DNA of 64,000 nt from Bdellovibrionales bacterium (GCA_965219095.1 CBDCMT010000001.1:1760001-1824000); one strand, 5' to 3'. Positions 20,750 through 31,526 are shown, counted from the first letter of the stretch. Translations and numbers: made by a program. Notes: a model not told the origin generated them from the letters alone.

Positions 20750-22162
20750 TACCATTTCCAAAAATTAATTCGACATTTTTTTAACGCATTGCGTCCTGGC
20801 TTTTTGATAAAACTCTGTTAAATTTTTAGAGTCATGTCGAAAAAAGATTTAGTTACACAGATTCAAGGGTATGATTTTCTGGCTACTTACAAAGTAGAAA
20901 GAAGTGCCAACATCAAGACAAAATTATTGGCTTTGCAGCATATGCAAGAAGGAAAATCGATTCAAGAAACAGCAGGTATGGTTTTGTATCACCGTCACAG
21001 TATCAAATCCTGGTTACAGTCTTTTTTTGTAGACTTTGATTACGAGGGATTGATAGATCGAGAAGGCAGAGGACGCAAGCCTCGTTTGCCAGTGACAGAA
21101 GAAGAGAACTTCAAAATCAAGTTAGATGAAATTCAAGACAAAAGAGAGGGAGGAAGCATAGGAGCAAAGGAAATACAGAAACTTTTAGCAGATGAATTTG
21201 ACTGTTGCTATTCTCTTTCTGGGGTTTATGTTTCTTTAGACCGTCTTAATATTGTATGGATCAGTGGTCGTTCTCTTCATCCTAAAAGTTCATTAAGAAG
21301 CTATGGAACAGTTTAAGGAACATTTTCCAGAAGAGGTGGAGAAAATAAAGGAAAAGATTCAGACTCATAAAATAGAGATTTGGTGGCAGGATGAATGCAG
21401 AATAAGCTCAGCAAGGTTCTTTAAGCAGGATTTGGGCAAGAAAAGGCACACGGCCTAGAGTTGTGAGGCAAAGACAATTTTTATCCACTTATATTTTTGG
21501 AGCAGTTTGTCCGGATAAAGATAAAGGCTGTGCTTGGATTTTACCGGAATGTAATTCAGGGATGATGCAAATTCACTTAGATGAGATATCTAAAAATATT
21601 CAAGAAAACTATCATGGAATTGTTTTAATGGACAGAGCCAGTTGGCATACCACAGAGACTTTGATAGTTCCTAAGAATTTATCCCTGATGCCTTTACCTC
21701 CTTATAGTCCAGAATTAAATCCCATGGAACAAGTCTGGCAACAATTACGAAGGATCAAATTATCGAATGCATGTTTTAAAAACTATGACCATATACTGAA
21801 TACTTGTTGTGAGGCCTGGAATACTTTTTGCGATCAGGAGGGCAGGATTAAAAAATTATGCACTCGATCTTGGGCAAAACAACAAGATGAATCAAGCTTG
21901 TAAATTAATTTGAACCTATAAATTAAATTGCGTAACTGATTTTTTTCATTTTACATCTTAACCTCACTTTTTTACACTTATTTTAACCCATCAATCGATT
22001 CACACAACAATAGATATACATAAAATAAACATATCTTATGAAAACTCAACCTCCCTTCAAAAAAAACTTTTTTAAAGCCTCCTAATTGAAACTTTTCCTT
22101 AAGTCAATTTTAAAATTTTAAATTTGAACATAAAAATGTCGAATTAATTTCTGTAATTGGTA
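20750..22162 (+). mobile_element. IS630-family element, copy 2 (near-identical to 10337..11750)
   Basis: Same TIRs, same ORFs and frameshifts, TAA flanks; inserted just after an IS3-like end (TGAACTTCCCCTGTTTTTGCGGACA, about 20688). Confidence 0.9.
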
Positions 22163-22399
22163 TAAGAGTAAAATTCTATTTGTTCAGATTTTTCAATTTA
22201 TTTCTTAAGGCCATACTCTTTCACTGACACCATAGTTACTCTCACAAGAGGAGGGTACTTGTAAAGGTGGTAAAACTAGAGCCTATAAGGGCTTCTAACC
22301 ACCATTGGGGTTACTATCATTGAAAGGGCTATGACGAAGTTTATAACAATTAGAGTCAAATAGTTGCCCTCCATTTGTAGGGTTTCGCCCCAAGGTTTG

Positions 22400-22546
22400 C
22401 AAGCTACAAAAAACCTATCAGCGGTTCAAGTTATTCTTGGACATACGGATCAAGCCATAACGCAAAGGTATGCAAAAGCTATTGCACTTTTAAATTCACA
22501 AACAACTCAAAAAACTGCGCAATTTATAAACCTCAAATTAAAATAA
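22400..22546 (+). pseudogene. Tyrosine integrase C-terminal remnant
   Basis: ATKNLSAVQVILGHTDQAITQRY (box II LGH..Y), pointing at the tRNA 3' end. Confidence 0.75.
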
Positions 22547-22627
22547 AAAAATTTATATAACAAAAATCACGCCAAAAACAGGAAAAAATGAAAATAATAC
22601 AATAATTTCAATAACTTACGACAAGTC

Positions 22628-22703
22628 TGGTGGAGACGACAGGCCTCGAACCTGCAACCTTCTGAATGCAAATCAGATGCTCTACCAATTGAGCTACGCC
22701 CCC
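22628..22703 (-). tRNA. tRNA-Ala (TGC)
   Basis: GGGGGCGTAGCTCAATTGGTAGAGCATCTGATTTGCATTCAGAAGGTTGCAGGTTCGAGGCCTGTCGTCTCCACCA; G3:U70 pair; encoded CCA. Confidence 0.97.
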
Positions 22704-22719
22704 TTTTTCCATATTTTTA

Positions 22720-23241
22720 CTAATATCTAAATTTAGGCTCTCGTTCAATTATTTTTTTAAAATACTGTCTTTCCCTTGTAAAATCAAAGCCTACTTGTTC
22801 TCCTCCCTCAAGCACTGCAAAAAATAAACCCTCAAGTAGATAAATCTCATGCTCATTATGAGCTTTATGGAAGGCTTTTTGTAGGTCTACTATTAGGTTT
22901 TTAAGATCTTTTGTGGTCACCACTTGAGAAATAAGTCCCTCTAAGTGATTAGAGTACATATGAGGAGGAAAACCAATCCATTGAGATGTGATGAGAATTT
23001 TACGAGACTCTCTTAAGTTAACTTGAAAGCTAAAGTTCTCAGTTGCCTCTAGATTAGCAGGGAACACCTCTAATATATCGTTAAAAAACAACTCATATCT
23101 TTTATCGTCTTCAAGTTGACATATAAGGAGGCTTTGAAGGCTATATTCTTCGACTTTCAAGTTTTTAGCCTGGTTTAAAGCCTGTATGATGAGCTGTTTT
23201 GGTGAAATATACTTTTGTCTCTGCAAATTCTTACCTTTCAA
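22720..23241 (-). CDS. Hypothetical protein
   Basis: 173-aa ORF upstream of the tRNA; start uncertain. Confidence 0.55.
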   Translation of the reverse strand: MKGKNLQRQKYISPKQLIIQALNQAKNLKVEEYSLQSLLICQLEDDKRYELFFNDILEVFPANLEATENFSFQVNLRESRKILITSQWIGFPPHMYSNHLEGLISQVVTTKDLKNLIVDLQKAFHKAHNEHEIYLLEGLFFAVLEGGEQVGFDFTRERQYFKKIIEREPKFRY

Positions 23242-23311
23242 AACTTTTGCTTTCTTTATCGTACTTTGTTATAAAATATTTAGGGATTCTAATAAATTTA
23301 GGATAAAAGTT

Positions 23312-23617
23312 ATGATCATCACTCGTTGGCAAGCCTCAATTATACCTACTAAGGAACAAATTAAAGAAATTTTTTATGACGAAGGTCTTGATCCCCTAGA
23401 GGAGTTCATTCCTAAAGGAAAGTTCATAAGTGAGTTTCATAGTCCTTTTAATGAAGTACGCATGGTAGTGGAGGGAGAGCTTTTTATGACCATTAGTGGA
23501 AATCAGCTTCTTTTAAGGGCTGGAGATAAGATTCGTATTCCCTCGAACACAACACAATCCAAGAAAACCTCTGAAGACAAACATTGCCTTTGTGTTTACG
23601 CTTTTACAGCATCTTAA
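23312..23617 (+). CDS. Cupin-domain protein
   Basis: FHSPFNEVRMVVEGEL..LLLRAGDKIRIPSN; start moved to the ATG at 23312. Confidence 0.75.
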   Translation: MIITRWQASIIPTKEQIKEIFYDEGLDPLEEFIPKGKFISEFHSPFNEVRMVVEGELFMTISGNQLLLRAGDKIRIPSNTTQSKKTSEDKHCLCVYAFTAS

Positions 23618-23743
23618 AGCCTTTCTTTCAAGTTCTTTTAACAAACTCACCTAGCTTTATAGCTAAAACTTTTTAAAATTAATTTTTTTTGAGTAGAACT
23701 CTATTTCTTCAAATACTTAAAAAATCAAGTTGTTTAGATCTTT

Positions 23744-25030
23744 TTAACTTTTCATCCATTTTAAGTATTCTGATATGATTTTTTCAAAACCTCGTAAAGA
23801 AGGTTTATAAAGTTTCAAGCCTTTTAGTTTTTCAGGTAGGAAATTTTGTGAAATATAACCTTTTTCACTATCGTGAGAATATTTGTAACTTTCTTTTGTG
23901 TTAAGATTTTTGACAAGAGAACTTGAGCTTAAAGCCTGAGGTATAGGAAGAGGACCTAAATCTTTTACAATCTTTTTAGCTTCTAGAAAGGCTTTGTATG
24001 AACGATTGGACTTAGGAGCACAGGCTAAGTAAGTGGTCACTTGAGCTAAATTAATACCACATTCAGGAAGTCCTACACTTTCTACAGCTTTGATCCCACT
24101 TGTAGCTATACTTAAAGCTCTAGGATCGCTGTTACCGATATCTTCTGAAGCAAAAATGATCAGACGTCTTGCTATAAAAAGAGGATCTTCTCCTCCTTCT
24201 AACATTCGAGCTAAATAATAAACAGCCGCATCAGGGTCACTACCTCTCATACTTTTAATAAACGCTGAGATACAGTTGTAGTGTTCCTCTTTAATCCCTC
24301 CGTAGTAGTTAGGACTAAACCATGTTTTTTCCAAAGTTTTAAGATCAATTTTGTGCGAATCAAAATGTCTTTGATTCACCAAAAACTCAATATGATTTAA
24401 AAGCTGTCTTGCATCTCCTTTACAGAGACAAATGAACTTTTCAAAAGCTTCCTTTTCAAAAACGTCCTGAGAAGCTAATTGATAAGTTTGTAAAGCTTTT
24501 TTAGCTAAAAGTTCTAAATCTTTTTTTTCAAGAGCTTCGAAAACAAAAAGTCTAAGTCGGCTTAAAAGAGCAGGGCTAAGTTGAAAGCTAGGGTTTTCTG
24601 TTGTAGCGCCTATTAAAATAAGATCATTTCTTTCCATGTAAGGTAAAAGCACATCTTGTTGAGTTCTATTTAAACGATGAATTTCATCAACAAATACACA
24701 AGTCATCTGAGAAAACTCTATTCGTTTTCTTCTTCCTTCTGTGCCTATTTCCTTGAGTTGTTTAGAACTTAAGTCTACAGCATTGAGAGACATCCAAAAA
24801 GTGTCGTTTAGGTATTGAGATAAAAGTCTTGCTAAACTTGTTTTCCCTGAGCCAGGAGGCCCCCAAAATACCATACTCGAAGGTTTCGTTTTAGAAAGAA
24901 AAACCCTTTTAAGCCAAGACGAAGCACCTATAATTTTGGTCTGCCCTAAAAAACTGTCAAGAATCTGAGGACGCATGGCCTCAGCCAAAGGAGCTATAGG
25001 GCAGATTTTATTCGTCTCAAATAAAGACAT
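23744..25030 (-). CDS. rarA: Replication-associated recombination protein A (MgsA/RarA)
   Basis: PLAEAMRP, WGPPGSGKT, FVDEIHR, GATTENPSF, SAFIKSMRGSDPDA. Confidence 0.95.
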   Translation of the reverse strand: MSLFETNKICPIAPLAEAMRPQILDSFLGQTKIIGASSWLKRVFLSKTKPSSMVFWGPPGSGKTSLARLLSQYLNDTFWMSLNAVDLSSKQLKEIGTEGRRKRIEFSQMTCVFVDEIHRLNRTQQDVLLPYMERNDLILIGATTENPSFQLSPALLSRLRLFVFEALEKKDLELLAKKALQTYQLASQDVFEKEAFEKFICLCKGDARQLLNHIEFLVNQRHFDSHKIDLKTLEKTWFSPNYYGGIKEEHYNCISAFIKSMRGSDPDAAVYYLARMLEGGEDPLFIARRLIIFASEDIGNSDPRALSIATSGIKAVESVGLPECGINLAQVTTYLACAPKSNRSYKAFLEAKKIVKDLGPLPIPQALSSSSLVKNLNTKESYKYSHDSEKGYISQNFLPEKLKGLKLYKPSLRGFEKIISEYLKWMKS

Positions 25031-25121
25031 GTTATGAGTCTAGTTATAGTCTGTTTATAAAGTAAGGAAATTTTTTTTCTTGTGCATCACGAAAAAAGTC
25101 TTTAAACTAAAACTAGTAAGT

Positions 25122-25718
25122 ATGAAAACTCCTATAAAACTCACAAGAGTGTTTTGTATTTTAACGTTCATTTGGACCCTTTCAAGCTGTTCAGACAATA
25201 ACGATGCAGGGAATTTAAAAATTGATATAACACCTGAAAAACCACTTGTGATTACAGCCAAATCACCACCTCGCACAATCTGTTCCAATGATCAAGAACT
25301 GACAGCCCCTTGGATGCAGTTTATAATGCGTTTGGAAACCTATTCTGAACAGTACTTCATTTATATTACAAGTGTTGCTATTTTTGTTGAAAACATCTCT
25401 ACAGGTGAAAAAAGCAAACATGACGACTTTCAATTACCAAAAGATCGAAATTACTATTTCATATTTCCACCAAGATCTTCCGTTTCTAATTCTAATTCTC
25501 AACTCATTGGCATTTGTCTTCACGGTTTATCAAGAAACAATGAAAGTGATGGGGGTGAGGACGAGGATGAAGATAATGATGAGGATGATGATTTTGATGA
25601 GGATGAATCCTTATTTTACTCCGTAGAGGTAAAGTTTGCAGGCTGGTATTCTGAAGGACAAGACGGTGCACCTATAGCAAATTTCAAACAAGAATTTAGT
25701 TTTTTTGCAGAAAACTAA
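25122..25718 (+). CDS. Lipoprotein with acidic tract
   Basis: Lipobox LSSC; D/E run near the C-terminus; start placed at the ATG at 25122. Confidence 0.7.
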   Translation: MKTPIKLTRVFCILTFIWTLSSCSDNNDAGNLKIDITPEKPLVITAKSPPRTICSNDQELTAPWMQFIMRLETYSEQYFIYITSVAIFVENISTGEKSKHDDFQLPKDRNYYFIFPPRSSVSNSNSQLIGICLHGLSRNNESDGGEDEDEDNDEDDDFDEDESLFYSVEVKFAGWYSEGQDGAPIANFKQEFSFFAEN

Positions 25719-25835
25719 CTCAATCAAAACACACACATTAATTCTTAATAATCGGCCTAAAGTTTTTTCTTATATGACTATTATGATGGAGCCTTTATTT
25801 TGAAATAAAGGAGAGAAGAGTTTATAAAGTTAAGA

Positions 25836-26867
25836 TTAAAAAATTATTTTATTTAATGTCAAAGTTCTAAAATTTTTATCAACTTTATAGGCTATATTAG
25901 AATCACAATAATTGTGAAAATAAAACTCAAGAAGCTCAGGCTCAATATGAGTGGCTATGTTTTTAAAAGATTCTCTTCTTTCATATTCAGAAGAGTAAAT
26001 GATCTCACCTGCTTCTGCTCTGTCTTCAACTTCATTACTAGTACCTACAACTCGCTGTCCCTCATGAACAAAAAGAGCTTTCTTGTTATGACACTTAAGG
26101 TTTATAAAAGACCCTGAAATATCATCTAAAGTAGGACATCTATGGCCTAGCCTTCTTTTGATCACTCCTTCATTTCTTCGTATTTTCATCCAACTAAGAT
26201 TGTGGCAAGTATGGCTTTGTATGTAATCTTTTCTAGTTTTAGGTTCATTTTTTTTCATCTTTTTTAAATGAGGTTTTGTTAAAACTGAAGTAATTCTTGC
26301 TTGAAGATAGGGGTCTTTAAAGCAGGAATCTAAGTCTTCTTTGTTTGCTACCTTGTCTATATCGATCTCAAAAACAGGGATATTGCCTTTTTTGCGGTAT
26401 CGTATCGGCATAGGAATCAGGGCTTGATCCACTCCTGAATGATGAAATTCATCCTCCAGAACATAATCAGGACTCACAAGACAGTTGTGAGGCTTAAGAC
26501 ATTTTTCTTGAAGAGAGGAGATCTTCTTTCTTGGAATACGAAAAGTACCTTTATAATTAATAATCCTAATGAGCTTAAAATCCTTTTCAGGTGCCACACA
26601 ATGACCTGCTGTAAGAAGAAGAGGGTCTTTACACTTTTTTTCTCCTCTTTTAAGTCTTATCACAAGTCCTGAACAAGTGCCTGCTCCTATCACTCTTACA
26701 GTAGCCTTTCTGATGTTTTCATCAACAGGGGTGTTGAAAAAATGACAGGGCGGGTGAGGACAAAAAAGAGTTACTATGGGATTAAGTTTTGAGAAGGGAT
26801 TTTCTTCATCACAAGCCTCTAAGAGGATGGGAAGAAAGATAAGAAAAAAAAGAATCAAAAACCTCAT
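25836..26867 (-). CDS. Secreted trypsin-like serine protease
   Basis: CSG, LLTAGHC, DQAL and non-canonical DISGS motifs; signal/lipoprotein leader. Confidence 0.7.
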   Translation of the reverse strand: MRFLILFFLIFLPILLEACDEENPFSKLNPIVTLFCPHPPCHFFNTPVDENIRKATVRVIGAGTCSGLVIRLKRGEKKCKDPLLLTAGHCVAPEKDFKLIRIINYKGTFRIPRKKISSLQEKCLKPHNCLVSPDYVLEDEFHHSGVDQALIPMPIRYRKKGNIPVFEIDIDKVANKEDLDSCFKDPYLQARITSVLTKPHLKKMKKNEPKTRKDYIQSHTCHNLSWMKIRRNEGVIKRRLGHRCPTLDDISGSFINLKCHNKKALFVHEGQRVVGTSNEVEDRAEAGEIIYSSEYERRESFKNIATHIEPELLEFYFHNYCDSNIAYKVDKNFRTLTLNKIIF

Positions 26868-26915
26868 ACTTAAGTTCTATTTTAACATGTAAAGAGGGCT
26901 AAAAATAAAGATTTT

Positions 26916-28436
26916 TTAATGCTCATACTTACAATCAAAAAGTTGGCCTTTCAGACAGATAGTTCTTAAAACTTCATTGTTTTTTTCAATTAAGTCTATG
27001 TAGTAGGGAAGGTAATCGATCTTGCTCTTTGTTTGAGTTGCACTTCCTGAAAGGCCTCTGTCTTTATTCAATAAGGATCTAAGTTCCTCAGCTAAGTTTT
27101 TTTTCTTATCTCTTTTAAAGGAGGTGGTTTTTTTGATTTGAGAAGGAGGAATTTTAAAGCCTATGTAATTTTTACGAAATTCTGCTTGTTTATTAAAGCC
27201 CTTTCCTAAAACCCTGCTCTCTTCTTCTGAAAGATAGGAGTTTTGTTTTGTTTCAGGTGAGGTAGGTTTTGAGAAGGGCTGGGAGTTAAGAAGAGATCCG
27301 CTACTGTGGGCTTTTCCTTTGTTAAGGCCTGTGAGTGAGTTTTGAGAGGCTTTAGGTTGTAGATTTTTATCATTAGGTAAAGAAAGAAGAGGGGAATCAT
27401 AATCATAGGAAGACTTATGCTGAATATTTTTTACTCTTCTAGCTGTATCTGGAGGAAGAAGGCTAAAAGAGGGCTTTGGGTATTTTTTACCTTTGTGTCG
27501 AGCTTGATTTAACAAACCTTTAGATAAAGTAAGAGCACAGGCTATGTTTTTTGCAGAACTCTGATGGCTTGATTTTTCTTGCTTCACCAGTTTGTTTCGG
27601 GAAACTTCGTTATTGGCACATTCCGATAAATACTCCGTATCAACATTACCACAAACCTTTTGACACTCATTGATAGCTCTTGTGCAAGCTGTATGGTGTG
27701 AGTTTGTATCGTATCTTAGAACAGCAGAGTTCACAGCCCCTTGAGAGCAGGAAGCTAGAGTGCCCATGGTGCCTGCAGCAGAAAGAGTAGGGTCTTTGGA
27801 GAAGGTAAGCAACATAGCACCTAAGCTTCCTAGAGTGGGCATGATTTTAACTTCTGTGGCTTGGTTGAGAGCTTGAGTGAACTCTTCTCCGCATTGAGCA
27901 TCGGAAGAACAGCAGTTTTGAGTTTCTTGGATCTTTTTTAAGCAGAGTTGTTGAGTTTCTTGTATTGACATTTGCTTTTTGTCTTTTTTACAAACACCAT
28001 CAGCAAGCATTTGTTCTTCATTATCACAAACGCAAACCCCTTCTTTGCGTGAAGAATTTTCAGGACAAGAAAGAAAACAACTAATAGTCCCGTTATCAAA
28101 GTCGTCAGAACAAGCTTTATAACAACAATTACCTCTTTTTTTGTACCCTTCTTTACAAACAGATCCGCTTGAATCAGGTTTCGAAAATATCAAAACACCG
28201 TTAGGGTCATGATGATAACCTGGACTACTGGGATCATTCATGCACCTTGATATTACCATATTAAATCTTTCTCCCTCAGGACAGAAGTAGCATCCACTTT
28301 TTCCAAAACTTTCTTGAACTAAAAAAATACCCAAAAGAAAAAGAAGAAAACTTAAAATATTTATGAAAAAGTGCTGTTTTCTCTTTACTCTTCTATTTTT
28401 TGAAAAAATTCTATTATAAAACAAAATGAAGTTCAT
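26916..28436 (-). CDS. Cysteine-rich exported hypothetical protein
   Basis: N-terminal hydrophobic segment, many paired Cys, low-complexity C-terminal half. Confidence 0.7.
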   Translation of the reverse strand: MNFILFYNRIFSKNRRVKRKQHFFINILSFLLFLLGIFLVQESFGKSGCYFCPEGERFNMVISRCMNDPSSPGYHHDPNGVLIFSKPDSSGSVCKEGYKKRGNCCYKACSDDFDNGTISCFLSCPENSSRKEGVCVCDNEEQMLADGVCKKDKKQMSIQETQQLCLKKIQETQNCCSSDAQCGEEFTQALNQATEVKIMPTLGSLGAMLLTFSKDPTLSAAGTMGTLASCSQGAVNSAVLRYDTNSHHTACTRAINECQKVCGNVDTEYLSECANNEVSRNKLVKQEKSSHQSSAKNIACALTLSKGLLNQARHKGKKYPKPSFSLLPPDTARRVKNIQHKSSYDYDSPLLSLPNDKNLQPKASQNSLTGLNKGKAHSSGSLLNSQPFSKPTSPETKQNSYLSEEESRVLGKGFNKQAEFRKNYIGFKIPPSQIKKTTSFKRDKKKNLAEELRSLLNKDRGLSGSATQTKSKIDYLPYYIDLIEKNNEVLRTICLKGQLFDCKYEH

Positions 28437-28442
28437 ATAGTT

Positions 28443-28469
28443 TTTTCGACAAAAGTCTATAAAAACTTA
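28443..28469 (-). promoter_or_regulatory. Sigma-28-like promoter of the Cys-rich gene
   Basis: TAAG-N15-GTCGAAAA, with ATG 6 nt downstream. Confidence 0.6.
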
Positions 28470-28964
28470 AATGAAAGTGTTTCATTTTGAAACACTTTCA
28501 TTTTGAAGAACTCATTTCATTTTAAACGAATTTACGAACGTAGTTTACGATAAATGTTTTCTGTGAAACGCTCTCTATAACCAAAGTATTTTTCCCCTCT
28601 TTTACACTAAAAGAATACCAATATACCAATGAAAGTTTGTTTTTTTGCGACTAAAAAGTGAAAACTCTCCTTTTTCTTGTTTTAAAAAAACCTAACTGCA
28701 ATTTACTAATGCAACCTTTTTTTTCATCATTGATTTTATAAATTCACCCTTGATTCCTGATAAAAGGCTAAAAGTTTTAAAAAAATTAAGTTAAGTTTAT
28801 TTAAAAAACAAGCTTTTTAAAAGATTTCTTTTTGAAAGTAAAAAGACTGCCGCAATTGTCTCAAAATGAGTCTAGCCTTATGTCGTATTTTAAAAAAAAT
28901 TGATCTGTTTTTCTTTCTTTTTAAAAAAACTCGACCGATGAAGTTATAAACTAATGGAGGTTTT

Positions 28965-30008
28965 ATGCCAATTCAATTAGAAAGTGTGGTTAAAGAAATT
29001 GAAACTACAAACAAAATTTTACTTACAACCCACAAACAGTGTGATGGAGATGGCTTAGGATCTTGTATGGCTATGTACCATGCTTTGAAAAAAATCGGAA
29101 AAAACGTTGAAATTATGACCATAGATGATGTTCCTGAAAAATACGCTTTCCTAAACACTCGCCACATAGAGGTTTTTCAAAAACCACATAGACCTATAGA
29201 AGAGTTTGATTTGACTCTGATCTTTGATACAAACGATTCCAAACTTGTAGAACCTCTTTTCCAAGAATTAGAAAGAAAGTCAAAAAGTATTGTATTTATT
29301 GATCATCATCCTCCCCTTTCTTATGGAATCTTACACCCTCGATCTTTCATCGACACAGAAGCTACAAGTACAGGAGAGATTGTTTTTTCTATTCTCAATC
29401 TGATGAAAATTAGAATGGACAGAGACATTGCTAGAGCTATTTATACAAGCATTGTTTTTGATTCCATTATGTTTAAATATGTCAAAAACCCTTCTAAAAC
29501 CCATTCCATATGTGCTGAACTTTTAAAATATGAAACTCAACCTAAAGAAATTCATTCTCATCTTTTCGGTACTCAGTCGTTTAATAAAATCAATTTTCTA
29601 AGCCATGCTTTTTCTACTGTAGAGCTTCATTTTGACAACAAGCTTGCTCTTTTTTGTGTGAAAAGAGAAACTCTTAACGCTTACGGCTTAAGTTATAATG
29701 AAGTTTATGATATGTTAGAGTTGTTAATGAATGTCCAGGAGATACAGTGTGTTGTTATGATAAGAGAAGAAAGTCATAACAGCTACAAAATTAGTTTGAG
29801 AAGTAAAAATGATTTAGAAATCTTAAGTATTGCTGAGCATTTCAGAGGGGGAGGGCATTTTTTTGCTGCAGGTGCTACCATTCACGGTGATGAGAAAACC
29901 ATTAGAGATCAAATTTTAAACCTCTTGAAACCAAGGCTGAAAAATGGTTTATCAAATGATCAAAAAAAATACGGTAAAATAAAGACCACCAATGATAGTA
30001 AAACTTGA
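28965..30008 (+). CDS. nrnA: DHH/DHHA1 phosphoesterase (NrnA-like)
   Basis: HKQCDGDGLGS, IDHH, ISLRS, GGGHFFAAG. Confidence 0.88.
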   Translation: MPIQLESVVKEIETTNKILLTTHKQCDGDGLGSCMAMYHALKKIGKNVEIMTIDDVPEKYAFLNTRHIEVFQKPHRPIEEFDLTLIFDTNDSKLVEPLFQELERKSKSIVFIDHHPPLSYGILHPRSFIDTEATSTGEIVFSILNLMKIRMDRDIARAIYTSIVFDSIMFKYVKNPSKTHSICAELLKYETQPKEIHSHLFGTQSFNKINFLSHAFSTVELHFDNKLALFCVKRETLNAYGLSYNEVYDMLELLMNVQEIQCVVMIREESHNSYKISLRSKNDLEILSIAEHFRGGGHFFAAGATIHGDEKTIRDQILNLLKPRLKNGLSNDQKKYGKIKTTNDSKT

Positions 30009-30036
30009 AAAACCGAGAAAAAGGCAGTATTAAGAG

Positions 30037-30285
30037 TTGAAAAAAAAGAAACGAAAACAAGTAATCTGTCTTTGCAATCATGTTAGAAAAGAAACTATTG
30101 AGCAAGCTATAAAAAAATACAATTTAAAGGAAATTAACGAAATCTTTGACAAAACAACAGCAGGAGTAGGAGCTTGTGGAGGTTCTTGTCAGCCTCTGTT
30201 AAAAAAGATTTTAGAGCATTATAAAAAAACAGAATCGTTTTTAGAAAAGATTCATGATCCTAGAGTGAGAAGAAAAAGTAAATGA
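30037..30285 (+). CDS. BFD-like [2Fe-2S] protein
   Basis: ICLCNHV..AGVGACGGSC. Confidence 0.85.
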   Translation: MKKKKRKQVICLCNHVRKETIEQAIKKYNLKEINEIFDKTTAGVGACGGSCQPLLKKILEHYKKTESFLEKIHDPRVRRKSK

Positions 30286-31043
30286 AAGTGTTTCAAATAC
30301 CAGGTTTTGTGGACAATTATTTTTATATTTTAAATAGGGGCGGATTATGGGCTGTTGTAGATCCGGGAGACTTCCAGCCCATTTTTAATTTCTTAGAGGA
30401 TCACAGGGTTAAAAAACTGGACTTTATTTTCAACACTCATCATCACTTTGATCATATAGGAGCTAATTTAGCTCTTAAAAAAAAGTATAATTGTCAAATT
30501 CTATCCTCCCATTATGATAAAAAAAGAATCCCTCTTGTAGATAAAAGTCTTTGTGACAAGGACACCTTTTTCTTTTCAGACTTAGAAGTAAAGGTGATCT
30601 TTTGTCCTGGTCATACTTTAGGTCATATTGCTTATTGGTTTGAAAAAGAAAAAAAACTTTTTTGTGGTGATACACTTTTTGCTATGGGCTGTGGCAGACT
30701 TTTTGAAGGCTCCCCTGAGCAGATGTTACATAGCTTAAATCGATTCAAGACCCTCCCTTCTGAAACCTCTATTTACTGTGCCCATGAGTACACACAAAAA
30801 AACGCTCTTTTTTCTTTATCTGTGGACCCTAAAAACAAAGCCCTGAAAGAAAGACAACTTCATATCAAAGCTTTAAGAAAAGCCCATCAACCCACAGTTC
30901 CATTTTTTCTCAAAGAAGAATTAGCTACAAACCCTTTTCTGAGATCCAATAACAAACAACTGAAAAACACTTTAGGCTTTAAAGACAGTGAATCCGAACT
31001 TACAGTGTTCACAGAACTAAGAAAAAGACGAGATGTCTTTTGA
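30282..31043 (+). CDS. gloB: Hydroxyacylglutathione hydrolase
   Basis: DNYFY, THHHFDHIG, PGHTLGH, GDTLFAMGCGR, CAHEYT, TNPFLR. Confidence 0.95.
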   Translation: MKVFQIPGFVDNYFYILNRGGLWAVVDPGDFQPIFNFLEDHRVKKLDFIFNTHHHFDHIGANLALKKKYNCQILSSHYDKKRIPLVDKSLCDKDTFFFSDLEVKVIFCPGHTLGHIAYWFEKEKKLFCGDTLFAMGCGRLFEGSPEQMLHSLNRFKTLPSETSIYCAHEYTQKNALFSLSVDPKNKALKERQLHIKALRKAHQPTVPFFLKEELATNPFLRSNNKQLKNTLGFKDSESELTVFTELRKRRDVF

Positions 31044-31116
31044 TACATCTTGTAAGAGAAGGGAGAATCTTTGATAGAAAGAAGAACTTTAAAATCTGAT
31101 AAGCCTAACAAAAAAG

Positions 31117-31153
31117 GGCTCCTCCGGGAACCCACAGATTCTTTTGAGGAGGC
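31117..31153 (+). mobile_element. 37-bp ISL3-derived minimal element with 8-bp TSD
   Basis: GGCTCCTC...GAGGAGGC ends; CAAAAAAG at 31109-31116 and 31154-31161. Confidence 0.7.
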
Positions 31154-31343
31154 CAAAAAAGAAAGAATAACCCTAAGGTTTTGAGCCTATAATAAATTGC
31201 GTAACTTAATTTTTTCATTTTTTAGATTTTTTATAATTTTCTAGCTGGTTTCTTATAAAATAACGCAGCACAAAATAATTTTCTTATCCTCTTCTAAGTA
31301 CAAAATTGACAAAACTCTAAAAAACTTTTACATTTAAGTTCAT

Positions 31344-31526
31344 ATGGCTAGTAAAAAAGGCAAAGTCCGTATCATCACTTTAGAATGCACAGAGGCTCGC
31401 AAATTAGGTCGCCCTCCCTCTCGCTATACAACTAAAAAAAACATTCAAAAGCACCCTGAAAGACTTGAGAGAAAAAAATATAACCCCCACCTTCAAAAAC
31501 ATACTGTACATAAAGAGATTAAGTAA
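31344..31526 (+). CDS. rpmG: 50S ribosomal protein L33
   Basis: [28 protein letters not shown]. Confidence 0.96.
   Translation: MASKKGKVRIITLECTEARKLGRPPSRYTTKKNIQKHPERLERKKYNPHLQKHTVHKEIK

Larger units (their letters stand above)
1..22627. mobile_element. Decayed genomic island at the 3' end of tRNA-Ala (left border outside the window)
   Basis: Integrase C-terminal remnant points at the tRNA 3' end; dense IS relics, defence genes and ICE-homologous fragments; core genes start only beyond the tRNA. Confidence 0.7.
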
